A DNA stretch of 59,588 nt from Pseudomonadota bacterium (GCA_043818055.1 JBDRGF010000071.1:1-59588); one strand, 5' to 3'. Numbered from the stretch's first letter, positions 31,745 through 41,948 are shown. The notes: a model not told the origin generated them from the letters alone. A program made the numbers and translations.

Positions 31745-31907
31745 TTTGTTTGAATTTTGGAATTTGTGATTCATTTGAGATTTGACCTGCCCCGCCGAAT
31801 GGCTGGGGTGCTTGAGATTTGGAATTTTCTGCATTTCTCATAGCTCTTGTGAAAAATGCGGGCTAGACGTTCCGCCCCCTCCTACTCCCCCTTAGTAAGG
31901 GGGAGAG
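31745..31907. repeat. Composite intergenic repeat cluster (heptamer-like T-rich repeats, short IRs, CCCCCTT..AAGGGGG hairpin)
   Basis: TTGGAATTTG/TTGAGATTTG units, GCATTTCTCA..TGAAAAATGC IR, CTCCCCCTTAGTAAGGGGGAG hairpin. Confidence 0.5.
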
Positions 31908-31919
31908 ACTTCAGAGTAG

Positions 31920-33878
31920 CTACTCATATCTCAGAGCTTCTACAGGATCTAGCATCGAAGCCCTCTTTGCTGGCCACATTCCGAAGAAGAGTCCAACGAT
32001 GACAGAAAAGGTTGTCGCCAGAAAGACAGAAAAGAAAGTTATCTGAATCGACCATCCTGCAAAGAGCGCCAGGGCAAGCGCGGACAGAGACCCGACGACG
32101 ACACCAAATAAACCGCCGCTCAATGTCATGACGATGGATTCTATAAGAAATTGAGCCATGATATCTATTCTTCTTGCGCCAATCGCCTTTCTCAAACCTA
32201 TTTCGCGAGTCCGCTCCGTAACAGAGACTAGCATGATGTTCATGATGCCAATACCTCCGACGAGCAGTGATATCGCAGCAATCGATCCCAGAAGCAGACT
32301 CATCGTCTCCATGGTGCTGCTGAGCATCTCCTGTATTTCACTCATGTTTCGAATATAAAAGGTATCATCATCCTGATATAACTTATGTCCCTTCTTGATA
32401 ACTCTCTCAATCGCACCTTGAGCAATATCGATCAATGCAGGATCAGAAGCCTCAACATACATTCCATCAAGATAATTTTTCCCCAACAAACGATACATAG
32501 CAGTGGTCACTGGAACATATATAACATCGTCATTATCATGCGATCCCATAGCACCCTTTTCAGGAGCGATCCCAATAACTTTAAAATTGATTCGGTTTAT
32601 CTTTATAATTTTTCCTATAGGATTTGTATTGCCAAAGAGCTTTGCGAGTGGAGTTGTGCCTATTATCACAACTTTTGCCCGTTGCTTAATATCCTCCTCT
32701 GTGAACCATCTACCGATCTTAGGTATAGTCGATCTCATTTCACCATAATCAAAACCGACTCCCTCGACCGATGTATTCCAATTTTCATTTTGATAGACTA
32801 TCTGAGCAGATCCCCTGACCATTCCTGAGACTTTTTTCACTAACGGCGACAAAGATAATATATCATCCACATCCTTAAAATTAAACCTTGTAACAGATCC
32901 CACACCTCCCGAAACACCTCGATGCTGAGCAGAGCCTCCTCTTACCATGAGAAGGTTAGACCCCAGAGCTTTAAGCCTCTCCCCGATAGATGCCTTGGCC
33001 CCCGCTCCCAAAGCCATCATCGCGATTACGGCTGCTACTCCGACAAGTATTCCAAGCATAGAGAGAAACGATCGAACCCTGTTGGAGATAATGGTGTTGA
33101 TCGCCTGCCGAAAATGTCCGGACAATTCATCCCGGTTTATCGAAGACCTTTTCGTTGAAAGTATCTCCTTAATTTTTTTATGGCTGACTTCGGATGATTC
33201 GATCTTTCCAGATTTCTCATCCGAGACTATTTTCCCATCTCGCATTCTTATAATTCGCTTCGCGTATTTGGCAATCTCCGCCTCATGCGTAACCATTATG
33301 ACGGTTTTGCCCTGTTCGTTGAGCGACTTTAAAATCTCCATTATCTCTTGACCGCTCTTTGTATCAAGATTTCCCGTAGGTTCATCCGCAAACAAAAACA
33401 TCGGATCATTTATCAAAGCTCTCGCAACAGCGACCCTCTGCTGCTGACCGCCTGACAACTCATTTGGACGATGCTCTGCCCTGTCCTGCAAACCAACAGA
33501 GATGAGCTTCTCCATGGCATCTTTCTGATCAACTTTTTTTTCACTATTATATATGGATGGAAGAAAAACATTGTTAAGAGCGTTCATCCTACGAAGCAGA
33601 TGGAATTGCTGAAAGACAAATCCGGCCAATTGATTTCTCAGGTTTGCGAGTTCATGATCAGCCAACCCGCTTGTGTTCTTGCCGTATAGCAGGTAATTGC
33701 CGCTATCCGGGCGATCCAGGAATCCGAGAATATGCAAGAGTGTGGATTTACCCGAACCGGACGCCCCCATTATCGCAACAAATTCGCCCTGCTCTATCGA
33801 AAGTGAAACATCCTGAAGTGCCCCGACTTCAAACGCTCCATTGCGATAAATCTTTGAAATATTTTTTAGCTCTATCAT
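31920..33878 (-). CDS. macB: MacB-type ABC exporter (ATPase-permease fusion)
   Basis: GASGSGKS, LSGGQQQRV, ADEPTGNLD, FtsX-type permease VSVTERTREIGLRKAIGA. Confidence 0.93.
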   Translation of the reverse strand: MIELKNISKIYRNGAFEVGALQDVSLSIEQGEFVAIMGASGSGKSTLLHILGFLDRPDSGNYLLYGKNTSGLADHELANLRNQLAGFVFQQFHLLRRMNALNNVFLPSIYNSEKKVDQKDAMEKLISVGLQDRAEHRPNELSGGQQQRVAVARALINDPMFLFADEPTGNLDTKSGQEIMEILKSLNEQGKTVIMVTHEAEIAKYAKRIIRMRDGKIVSDEKSGKIESSEVSHKKIKEILSTKRSSINRDELSGHFRQAINTIISNRVRSFLSMLGILVGVAAVIAMMALGAGAKASIGERLKALGSNLLMVRGGSAQHRGVSGGVGSVTRFNFKDVDDILSLSPLVKKVSGMVRGSAQIVYQNENWNTSVEGVGFDYGEMRSTIPKIGRWFTEEDIKQRAKVVIIGTTPLAKLFGNTNPIGKIIKINRINFKVIGIAPEKGAMGSHDNDDVIYVPVTTAMYRLLGKNYLDGMYVEASDPALIDIAQGAIERVIKKGHKLYQDDDTFYIRNMSEIQEMLSSTMETMSLLLGSIAAISLLVGGIGIMNIMLVSVTERTREIGLRKAIGARRIDIMAQFLIESIVMTLSGGLFGVVVGSLSALALALFAGWSIQITFFSVFLATTFSVIVGLFFGMWPAKRASMLDPVEALRYE

Positions 33879-34849
33879 TTTTTATCTTTATCCCCGCGAC
33901 CGCGAAACGCCGGCAGGAAGGGATTGGTTCCATTATTCTTTTTTGGGACAGCATATGAATCTTTCCTAACGAATATGATATCACTTTCAGAAATACCCGA
34001 TTTAATTTCTATATAACCATCATTCTCGAGACCCGTTATGACCGACACCCTCTTCATCTTCCCATTCGACGGATCTTTAACAAAAACGGTGGTTTCAGCC
34101 TTTTCAATGATAAGAGCGCTCGATGGAATAAGAAGGGCATCCTTCACCTCTTTGGCAACGATTTCCACATTTGCACTCATCCCGGAACGAAAGACTTCAG
34201 GAACTTCTGTCGGAAGAATATCAACTTTATAAATCGTCACGTTGTTCACCACCTCTGACTCGTAAGAAATATGATCGACAACGGCACCGACCTTAATATC
34301 GGGATAGGCATCCAGTCCGACTATTGCACCCTGCCCTGCCTTAACCTCCCCGATATCGGTTTCATCAACATCAGCTTCAACCATCAGACGATTTGAAAGG
34401 ACTAAAATGGCATCACCGGTGCTAACCGTTTGGCCGGGCTCGACATCACGAACGATGACAATGCCATCGATGGGCGAAACAAGAGGGGTCTCTTTGTAGA
34501 CCTTCTGCCAATATTTAAATTCCTCATCACCTTTAAGCCTCGCAGCATCCATGAGTGTTGCTCTTTCAGTTGAGCTCATAAACGCCAACACATCTCCAAC
34601 TTTGACTTCATCTCCCTCTTTCACAAGAATCTTTTCAACCCGACCGCTGATCGGAGGTTTTATTTCGAGCCGGTTTTGTGGTTTGATCGTACCGACTGTT
34701 GCGATAGTTAACCTTACATCTCCGCGAACAGGTTTTTCCGCCACGAGTTTTTGTTCGCTATTATTTCCGCCTATAAAATAGAATATCAGCACCAACAGGA
34801 TTACAAAAGCACCTGTCAAACCGACTCCCAATTTGGTTTTCTTATTCAT
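33875..34849 (-). CDS. Periplasmic adaptor (MacA/HlyD family)
   Basis: N-terminal TM, lipoyl half-motifs ISGRVEKILVKEGDEVKVGD and SPIDGIV, FRSGMSANV. Confidence 0.9.
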   Translation of the reverse strand: MNKKTKLGVGLTGAFVILLVLIFYFIGGNNSEQKLVAEKPVRGDVRLTIATVGTIKPQNRLEIKPPISGRVEKILVKEGDEVKVGDVLAFMSSTERATLMDAARLKGDEEFKYWQKVYKETPLVSPIDGIVIVRDVEPGQTVSTGDAILVLSNRLMVEADVDETDIGEVKAGQGAIVGLDAYPDIKVGAVVDHISYESEVVNNVTIYKVDILPTEVPEVFRSGMSANVEIVAKEVKDALLIPSSALIIEKAETTVFVKDPSNGKMKRVSVITGLENDGYIEIKSGISESDIIFVRKDSYAVPKKNNGTNPFLPAFRGRGDKDKK

Positions 34850-36122
34850 AATCTAACGCTCCCCCTTTAGCCTTCACCCACAATGCTTCCGCGCGCAACA
34901 TGTTAGCTTCCGAATTCAAATAATTCTTTTCCGCATTCACATAGTTGTCCTCGATGATGATCCAGTTATCAAAAATAAGAAGTCCATTTGCATATTGAGC
35001 CCTCGAAATTTTAGCGCGCACCTTAGCCGCCTCAAGATAACTCTGCTGGACTGACACCTCTTCTATCGCGTCCTGAAAAGTTTGCCACGATTCCTCAAGG
35101 GTGGACAACACAGCATCATAATCACTTTTTTCATTATACACAGCCTCATTGAGCCTGGCATGAGCCTTCTGTGTATTGGCTATGCGCCTTCCCCCTTCAA
35201 AAATAGGCAGCGACGCGCCTAAACCTACAGTCCATCCCTTATCATCTGAACTGATCCCGACACCGACTTTTCCTGCTCTAGCGTTAAGATTGATTTCAGG
35301 AAAGAATTCGGCCTTTGCAGATCCAACTCCATATTTGGCAGAGTTCTTCTCGGCCTCGCTCATTTTCACCTGGGGGTGTTTATTGGCTAATGCTTCAAGA
35401 TTCGGTTCATCCTTGCTCGAAAGGCTCAATCTAAATTCACCCTTAACCGTCACCGGAGTATTTTTTTCCCACCCCATCACCTTTCGCAGCGCATACCTGG
35501 CAACGGAAACATCCCTCTCGGCCTTTTTCAAATCAAACTGGGCCTTTTGAAGATCGGCTTTTGCTAGTAGTAAAGAACCCTCATGCTCTCTGCCAGATTC
35601 ATAGCTGAGACCTATCATCTCATAATTTTGTTTTCTCCTCTGTATGATATCCTGAGCAATTGACACCATGGATTGAGCTCTTAAAAGATCGACAAATGCT
35701 GTTTTTAAATTATAGCGAACTTCGGATGAAATAAGTGCGTTATTGAATTTAGCTGCCGTTATATCCTCCTTCGCGGATTTAACATCGTTGTAGGTCTTAA
35801 AACCGTCAAAGATGAGTTGCTCTCCCTGAACAGAATAATCGTATTTATTTTTTTCGCTATTGCCAGAAAAGGAATTAGATTTATTTACACCTGATTCCGC
35901 GCTGATCTGTGGAAGCATAGGACTTGTGGCTATCCACTTCTGCGCCTTCGACTGCTCGATGCTTTGTAGCGAAGCTGCGAGGCTTGGATTATTCTTGGCC
36001 GCCTCTTTAACGCATTCTTTCCAATTCAGCACCTCGGCACCTTTTGCAAAGGAGACCAGACTGATCAACGATAATAGTATAACAAAAACTTTTTTCATTA
36101 TTCCCTGTCTTTGAAATTTCAT
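34842..36122 (-). CDS. TolC-family outer membrane efflux protein
   Basis: Signal peptide (from MKKVFV), two OEP repeats, LPIFEGG; operon with MacA/MacB. Confidence 0.9.
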   Translation of the reverse strand: MKFQRQGIMKKVFVILLSLISLVSFAKGAEVLNWKECVKEAAKNNPSLAASLQSIEQSKAQKWIATSPMLPQISAESGVNKSNSFSGNSEKNKYDYSVQGEQLIFDGFKTYNDVKSAKEDITAAKFNNALISSEVRYNLKTAFVDLLRAQSMVSIAQDIIQRRKQNYEMIGLSYESGREHEGSLLLAKADLQKAQFDLKKAERDVSVARYALRKVMGWEKNTPVTVKGEFRLSLSSKDEPNLEALANKHPQVKMSEAEKNSAKYGVGSAKAEFFPEINLNARAGKVGVGISSDDKGWTVGLGASLPIFEGGRRIANTQKAHARLNEAVYNEKSDYDAVLSTLEESWQTFQDAIEEVSVQQSYLEAAKVRAKISRAQYANGLLIFDNWIIIEDNYVNAEKNYLNSEANMLRAEALWVKAKGGALDYE

Positions 36123-36494
36123 TTTTTAAAACAGGAGGATAGGCTCTCCATGACATGACTGTCAATTTAAAATATGGGGAGATCAAAAAACATCGGGGTT
36201 CATTGAATTAGCGGATATGTTTTGTGCACTCAAATCGGTTGCCGGCTGTGGTTCCGGGGCATTTGCCGTTCCCTCTATCCAGTCATTGGGATCTGTCCAG
36301 TCGGCATCCTGAGTCCTGGCGAAATAAACATTGACCGCCCCTGCATTTTCTAATGTCTCCAATTCCGGCAACTCGGTTGTTTAGCTTATAGGCTTTAGGC
36401 AAGAACTGATCAAGAATGCCATATTTTTTAAGTTTCCATGAGAACCTATCTACCTAAACGCCTACAGCCTATCCACCTGAATAGTTACCAAAAG

Positions 36495-36522
36495 TTGACC
36501 TTTCTTTTTTTTGTTGTATAAT
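36495..36522 (+). promoter_or_regulatory. Putative sigma70 promoter
   Basis: TTGACC-N16-TATAAT upstream of ATG 36549. Confidence 0.5.
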
Positions 36523-36548
36523 TGAGGTTCAAAAAAAAGGGGGGATAT

Positions 36549-36965
36549 ATGTATAAGATCAGATTTTTTGTTGTAATCTTGATGGTGTTTGCCTTCACCT
36601 CTGTGCTGTTGATTGATGTTGCCAGCGCCGAGACCTGTAAGGTGGATACGAAGACACAGGTGAACTGGAAGAAGTCATGGTACAAAGCCAAGGTCTTAAA
36701 GTTAAAACCACAAAGCGCTTTTATCACCTACGAAGGTTATGGTAGCAGTTGGAATGAATGGGTGGGTCCCGATCGCATCAAGTGCACCTTTGTTGAAGCT
36801 GCAGCTAACTCCTATCCGGAGGGCACTTCAGTCCAGGTAAAATGGAAGAACAAGTGGTGGCCGGCCAAAGTAATAGGCGTAAAAAAGGATTCGTGGAAGA
36901 TCCATTATGACGGATACGATAATTCCTGGGACGAATGGGTTGGCCCAGATCGGATTAAGAAGTAG
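36549..36965 (+). CDS. Secreted protein with two Tudor/Agenet-like domains
   Basis: Signal peptide ending ASA; duplicated V.WK..W..AKV...I.Y.GY..SW.EWVGPDRIK. Confidence 0.8.
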   Translation: MYKIRFFVVILMVFAFTSVLLIDVASAETCKVDTKTQVNWKKSWYKAKVLKLKPQSAFITYEGYGSSWNEWVGPDRIKCTFVEAAANSYPEGTSVQVKWKNKWWPAKVIGVKKDSWKIHYDGYDNSWDEWVGPDRIKK

Positions 36966-36992
36966 CTCCGTATAATTTTAAGAGGTTTTTAC

Positions 36993-37025
36993 AAAGGGAT
37001 GTTCCATCTGGAGCGTCCCTTTTTT
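36993..37025 (+). terminator. Rho-independent terminator
   Basis: AAAGGGATGTTCCA-TC-TGGAGCGTCCCTTT stem followed by a T-tract. Confidence 0.7.
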
Positions 37026-37069
37026 GTCCATGAAATATTAACCCATAAGAGCCAGACAAGAGTATTAAT

Positions 37070-37519
37070 ATGAACGATACATCGATACGCAAATTTGAAT
37101 CAGATATGCTAGACGAATGTGCAGACCTGTATTTAAGAGTTTTTACAGTTGCTCCATGGAATGAGAAATGGGGAAAGCTTGAAGATGTCAAAAAATATTT
37201 GAATGAATATTGTAATTTTAAAACTTTTAAGGGATTCGTGGCTGTTAAAAATAAAAAAATAGTGGGTGTTGCTCTTGGGTTTTTAAAGCCGTGGCAAAAA
37301 GGCTTTGAATATTACATAAATGAGTTCTACGTTGACATAGATCTTCAAAGATCAGGGATTGGAACAAACATGATAGAAACGATTAAAAAATCGTTTAAAG
37401 GTCAAAATGTAAATGCGATTATTCTATTAACTGAAAAGGACTATCCAGCACGAAAATTCTACGAAAAATGCGGCTTTAAAATCTTACCAGGCCTGGTATC
37501 TATGGCAGCTCCTATATGA
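37070..37519 (+). CDS. GNAT-family N-acetyltransferase
   Basis: FTVAPWNEKW, EFYVDIDLQRSGIGT (QxxGxG), ARKFYEKCGF. Confidence 0.9.
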   Translation: MNDTSIRKFESDMLDECADLYLRVFTVAPWNEKWGKLEDVKKYLNEYCNFKTFKGFVAVKNKKIVGVALGFLKPWQKGFEYYINEFYVDIDLQRSGIGTNMIETIKKSFKGQNVNAIILLTEKDYPARKFYEKCGFKILPGLVSMAAPI

Positions 37520-37655
37520 ACTGGAAACTTGGGTTTCGCAAAGCAGCCACGTACATCAATGTAGTTTCTTTGTTCACTTCGTGAATAAATTCTAATGATG
37601 GATATTATGAAAAATGGGTTTGAGACAATAATCGGCTTAATCAACACCTAAAACA

Positions 37656-37758
37656 AATATAAAGCATGTTTTATATGCTTGCCTTATTTCTTTATTTATA
37701 TATAATATATTTTATAATTTAGCTTATTTACAAGCTAATATAAAGCATAGTTTATATG
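37656..37758. promoter_or_regulatory. Paired palindromic operators upstream of hipA
   Basis: AATATAAAGCATGTTTTATATG (37656-37677) and AATATAAAGCATAGTTTATATG (37737-37758, overlapping the ATG). Confidence 0.65.
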
Positions 37759-38991
37759 GCAAAAACACTTTGGGGAAAAATTTACTTTAAAGATATATAC
37801 GCCGGAAGGCTACGGGAAGAGCCCGGTGGTAGAGTTGTATTCACATACGACCCCTCTTATCTCGAAACCAAGCAATCGGCAATCGCCCATACTTTACCTC
37901 TACAATCTAAGTCATTTATTTCCGAGCGTGGATTACACTCATTTTTCGATAATCTTGTTGCCGAGGGGTGGTTTAGAAATGCTCAGGCGAAAGCGCTGGG
38001 TGTAGACCCTGACAACCGCTTTGCGCTACTGCTTGGTTTTGGCTTTGATCTTGCCGGGGCAGTTTCCGTCATTGACCCAGAGGAACAAGAACACAAACAT
38101 TTGGATCATACCGATGATGCTACCTTAGCAGCTTTGCTGGGAAGAGCTTCTTTGTCCGGCGTGCAACGTAAGTTACTTGTAGTCAAGGATGGCAATCAGT
38201 ATCGTCCAGTTGGTCCCAGCGAACTGAGTACACATATTGCCAAACTCTCTTCCGGCAACCTGACGAACCTAATTGCATTGGAATATCTTACAACTCAAGC
38301 TGTACGCAAACTCTTGCCGAGTGATGATGTAGTAGATATGAAGATTACTACCATTTCGTCTATCAAGGAAGAGGCACTAGTCATTCCTCGTTTTGACCGG
38401 ACTTCAACCGGTAAGCGAATTCATTTTGAGGAATTTAATCAACTCTCAGGCCGATACTCAGGCGATGATAAATATGAAGGCACATATGAAGAGATGGGAC
38501 AGTTCATCCTTAATACTCCGGGATGCATTCCTGCTGAGGCAGATCGTCTGTTGCACCGCATCCTGGCCTCTTTGCTTGTAGGTAATACGGATGCGCACTT
38601 CAAGAATTTTGCTATGTTCCACACCCGTGATGGGCTTCGCCTGACACCATCTTACGACCTTGTTGCATCGTCAATATACCCGGAATACCAGTCCATAGCT
38701 CTTTCGGTGAGTGGAATCAGAAATCTTGCAATTAGCAAACTGCTACCAAAACATTTGTTACGAATGGGCAATGGATTTGGCTTAGGAGATGAAACTCTCG
38801 TTACCGCAGTTGAGACGATTGGAAAACAGTTACCTTTAGCACTTGAAACGCTATCAAAGTCGAATATTGGGTCTAAAACACTGCGAAATCAATTAATTGA
38901 TAGAATGGAGAAACGATGGAATGGCAGTTTCAAATTAACTGGTCAGCTATTGTCGAAGAAGCGAAGCAAAGACGTAAAAGCCAAAGGCTGA
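37756..38991 (+). CDS. hipA: HipA-family Ser/Thr kinase toxin
   Basis: N-terminal FFDNLVAEG, GFDLAGAV, P-loop SLSGVQRK, catalytic GNTDAHFKNF, LTPSYD. Confidence 0.92.
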   Translation: MAKTLWGKIYFKDIYAGRLREEPGGRVVFTYDPSYLETKQSAIAHTLPLQSKSFISERGLHSFFDNLVAEGWFRNAQAKALGVDPDNRFALLLGFGFDLAGAVSVIDPEEQEHKHLDHTDDATLAALLGRASLSGVQRKLLVVKDGNQYRPVGPSELSTHIAKLSSGNLTNLIALEYLTTQAVRKLLPSDDVVDMKITTISSIKEEALVIPRFDRTSTGKRIHFEEFNQLSGRYSGDDKYEGTYEEMGQFILNTPGCIPAEADRLLHRILASLLVGNTDAHFKNFAMFHTRDGLRLTPSYDLVASSIYPEYQSIALSVSGIRNLAISKLLPKHLLRMGNGFGLGDETLVTAVETIGKQLPLALETLSKSNIGSKTLRNQLIDRMEKRWNGSFKLTGQLLSKKRSKDVKAKG

Positions 38992-39383
38992 CACAGCAAA
39001 AATTGGCAACTCTGGCTGACGTCAGCACCCCCACCATCTCCCGCTTTGAGAACGACAAGAAGGATATCCAGTTATCATCCATTATTAGTATCCTGACTGT
39101 ACTGGGCATGGTCGACGAACGTCATCTCATATTTCCAGAACCAAAGGAGCGATATGATTTCGATCAATCGGCTATACTATTTAGCGGCAAGGATGGCGAA
39201 AAAATTGTGCAATGTGCCATCAGCAAGGAGGCACTTGAAGATTATTTTGGAGACAACGATAAAGACCTACTCAAATTATTCGTCACAAACCGTGAACGTA
39301 TTGAACATGAAGCACGGCGCAAATATTTCACCAACCACCTGGAAAAGGATGGCACTATCCTGATACGTACAATTGATCTGTGA
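38916..39383 (+). CDS. XRE HTH antitoxin-like protein fused to a DUF1488-like domain
   Basis: RRKSQRLTQQKLATLADVSTPTISRFEN HTH; C-terminal ILFSGKDGEKIVQCAISKEALEDYFG...NRERIEHEA resembles DUF1488. Confidence 0.8.
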   Translation: MEWQFQINWSAIVEEAKQRRKSQRLTQQKLATLADVSTPTISRFENDKKDIQLSSIISILTVLGMVDERHLIFPEPKERYDFDQSAILFSGKDGEKIVQCAISKEALEDYFGDNDKDLLKLFVTNRERIEHEARRKYFTNHLEKDGTILIRTIDL

Positions 39384-39696
39384 AAAATTTCTTCGATTAC
39401 ATTACCCGCTCTCTATCTGTGGATGGGTCTTTGTGTTTGGGCTGATGCTTTATGTATCGATACTAGATATTTCCAAATATATTGTTTAACCCATATCATT
39501 GTTAGCACGACAATTTCATCCATTCTGGTCCTGAACGTGATGTAAAGGGCATTGTAACCATCTCCACCAATATCAATCAGCTTGAGATTAATGACAGCGT
39601 TTACCCCTTATGCTCAGTAATATTATTTACTATACTACAACGTCGAATTGGTATAGTAAGTTACTCCATCATCACTTATAAAAAAGGAGACTTAAT

Positions 39697-40524
39697 ATGA
39701 CCAATGGATATAATCCGGATCTCACGCTTTACCTTAAGAAAAATAAAAAATATCTTCCGCTAGTTTTAGCCGGACTGATCGCTTTGCTTCTCATCGCTGA
39801 CGGGTTCTTTACGATCCAACCTGGAGAGGTGGGTATCAAGGTTCGATTTGGAAAAATAGTCGATTCATACTCAGAAGGTCTCTATTTTAAAATCCCTTTC
39901 GTTGAAAAGATTGATCGATTCAGCATCCGAATTCAACGTGCTGACATCAAAACGTCGGCATTCAGCAATGATATGCAAACTATCGTTGTTGATATGGCGG
40001 TCAATCATAGAATCGAAAAAAGCACTGTGGTATCAATTTATAGAAACTTAGGCCCTGACTATGTAAAAACCGTTATTGACCCGATTACTCAGGAGTCTGT
40101 CAAATCCATTACCTCCAAATATTCAGCAGAAAAGATCATTTCAAACCGAGCTGATGTCACTCGTGAAATGGATCAGGTCGTCAAATCTCGTTTGGCTGAA
40201 AAACAGATTATCGTAACAGATCTCTCCATTACAAATTTCGAGTTTACACCCGATTTTTTGAAATCAGTTGAGGATAAACAAATTGCAGAACAGATGGCTA
40301 AAAAAGCTGAAAAAGATGTTGAGCGTGTCAAAAAAGAGGCTATTCAAGTTGTAGAAAGAGCAAGAGCTGAAGCGGAGTCATTGAGCCTTCAACGTGCGGC
40401 GGTTTCAGATCAGCTGATTGAACTTAGAAAAGTTGAGGCTCAAATCAAAGCTATAGAGAAGTGGAATGGTGTTCTACCCCAATACACAGGTGGTGGCGCT
40501 GTGCCATTTATCAATGTAAAATAA
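39697..40524 (+). CDS. SPFH/prohibitin-family membrane protein
   Basis: TM then GEVGIKVRFGK..EGLYFKIPF, coiled coil, IEKWNGVLP; AGGAG RBS. Confidence 0.92.
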   Translation: MTNGYNPDLTLYLKKNKKYLPLVLAGLIALLLIADGFFTIQPGEVGIKVRFGKIVDSYSEGLYFKIPFVEKIDRFSIRIQRADIKTSAFSNDMQTIVVDMAVNHRIEKSTVVSIYRNLGPDYVKTVIDPITQESVKSITSKYSAEKIISNRADVTREMDQVVKSRLAEKQIIVTDLSITNFEFTPDFLKSVEDKQIAEQMAKKAEKDVERVKKEAIQVVERARAEAESLSLQRAAVSDQLIELRKVEAQIKAIEKWNGVLPQYTGGGAVPFINVK

Positions 40525-40558
40525 ATCATCCGTACATTTTTAGCTCCAAACATTTATA

Positions 40559-40588
40559 GAAATACCCCCATCTGGGGGTATTTTTTTT
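40559..40588 (+). terminator. Rho-independent terminator
   Basis: AAATACCCCCA-TC-TGGGGGTATTT stem followed by a T-tract. Confidence 0.8.
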
Positions 40589-40610
40589 ACGCTCAGGGAC
40601 TGTGAGGCAT

Positions 40611-40654
40611 GGAACTAAGTGGACATAAAAATAAATCCATGTCAACTTAGTTCC
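40611..40654. repeat. Short inverted-repeat element
   Basis: GGAACTAAGTGGACAT / ATGTCAACTTAGTTCC, 15 of 16 paired. Confidence 0.6.
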
Positions 40655-40776
40655 GGTCGCTCAGGAAAAGAGAGATTGAAAAGTTCATGAAATGAGATTA
40701 AGTGTAGCTGAGAACAAAAATCACTTAAAAAATTGAGGGGGGTGGGTAGTTTTTTTATAGCATTTTCAACCTTTAA

Positions 40777-40979
40777 GCCCCTCTCCCTTGATGGGAGAGG
40801 GTTCGGGAGAGGGTGTTGGTTTTGTCACGGAAATCACCCTCCCCTCGAAAGGCTGTTGCCGAACTGAAATGTAGGGGCAACCCCCCGTGGTTGCCCTCTT
40901 ATAAGGGCAGACACATGGGTCAGCCCCTACAAAAATATTAAAAAACGACTTCGGCAACAGCCTCCTCGAGGGAGGGGAG
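40777..40979. repeat. Nested REP/MITE composite
   Basis: Outer CCCTCTCCC/CCCTCCCC REP arms; middle IR AGGCTGTTGCCGAA (40850-40863)/TTCGGCAACAGCCT (40950-40963); inner GTAG REP doublet 40871-40930. Confidence 0.8.
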
Positions 40980-41037
40980 CATAACGAAGTAACACTATTT
41001 TTCAAAAAAACTCCCCGACCCCTCAAACAAAAACTTT

Positions 41038-41868
41038 ATGAAAATAATATTTGTCACGGATTTACATGGGATGCAGTGGAAATATGACCGACTGCTAGGT
41101 GCTGCTAAAGAATTTGATGCAGAGATGCTCATCAATGGTGGCGATATGTTGCCTAAGGATATCGACTTGTTTGAACAGGACAAATTTATCTCTGGTTATC
41201 TTGACCACCATTTCATGCAATTTGATTCCGCTGGAATTCAATATCTGTGCTATCCTGGAAATGATGATCTAAAAATCTTCGATCAGATATTCGAAAAGAC
41301 ATGCAATAAATATCCTTCTGTCACCAACCTGGCCCAGCGAAAAGTGGAGATCGGCGAATACGAATTTATCGGCATGAACTGGGTCGTCGATTATCCGTTT
41401 CGTTTGAAGGACAGATGCAGGATGGATACAGATGATTATGTATTCCAAAAACAACTCGGCAGCGGTTTATTATCCGCTCCCAACGGATGGAAAGAAATAG
41501 ACGACTGGTTCGCCTACGCCAAAAATCTTCCTACGATAGAAGAGGAGCTTGAACGATTGCCGCGCCCAAAAGACATGAGCAAGAGCATCTATGTAATTCA
41601 TATGCCCCCTGCCGGATTGGGATTGGACATGATCCATCAGGGAATATCCGTTGGCTCAAAAGCGATCTACGATTTCATAAAAAATCATCAACCTAAACTG
41701 ACACTCCACGGCCACATACATGAATCTCCAGGGGTCTCTGACCGATGGTTCGCCGAACTTGGCAAAACTATCTGCATCCAACCCGGCCAGCTTAACGACC
41801 TGACCTATGTCACAATCGACCTCTCCACTATGAAATACGAGAGGATAAAAGAACAACGTCGTGTTTAA
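41038..41868 (+). CDS. Calcineurin-like metallophosphoesterase
   Basis: DLHG, GGD, GNDD, IHMPP, HGHIHE. Confidence 0.9.
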   Translation: MKIIFVTDLHGMQWKYDRLLGAAKEFDAEMLINGGDMLPKDIDLFEQDKFISGYLDHHFMQFDSAGIQYLCYPGNDDLKIFDQIFEKTCNKYPSVTNLAQRKVEIGEYEFIGMNWVVDYPFRLKDRCRMDTDDYVFQKQLGSGLLSAPNGWKEIDDWFAYAKNLPTIEEELERLPRPKDMSKSIYVIHMPPAGLGLDMIHQGISVGSKAIYDFIKNHQPKLTLHGHIHESPGVSDRWFAELGKTICIQPGQLNDLTYVTIDLSTMKYERIKEQRRV

Positions 41869-41920
41869 ATGTGTTATGAGACTTTCCTTCTCTCCCATTG
41901 TCAGTTGTACTATGCCTTTG

Positions 41921-41948
41921 TTGTCATCCTGAGCGAAGAGAAGGATCT
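41921..41948. repeat. Single GTCATCC-type REP arm
   Basis: TTGTCATCCTGAGCGAAGAGAAGGATCT. Confidence 0.5.

Noticed and set aside
40766..41026. 86-aa ORF, and likewise 2048-2272
   Set aside because: Translations of REP/MITE palindromes (VGADPCVCP, PSPIKGEG).
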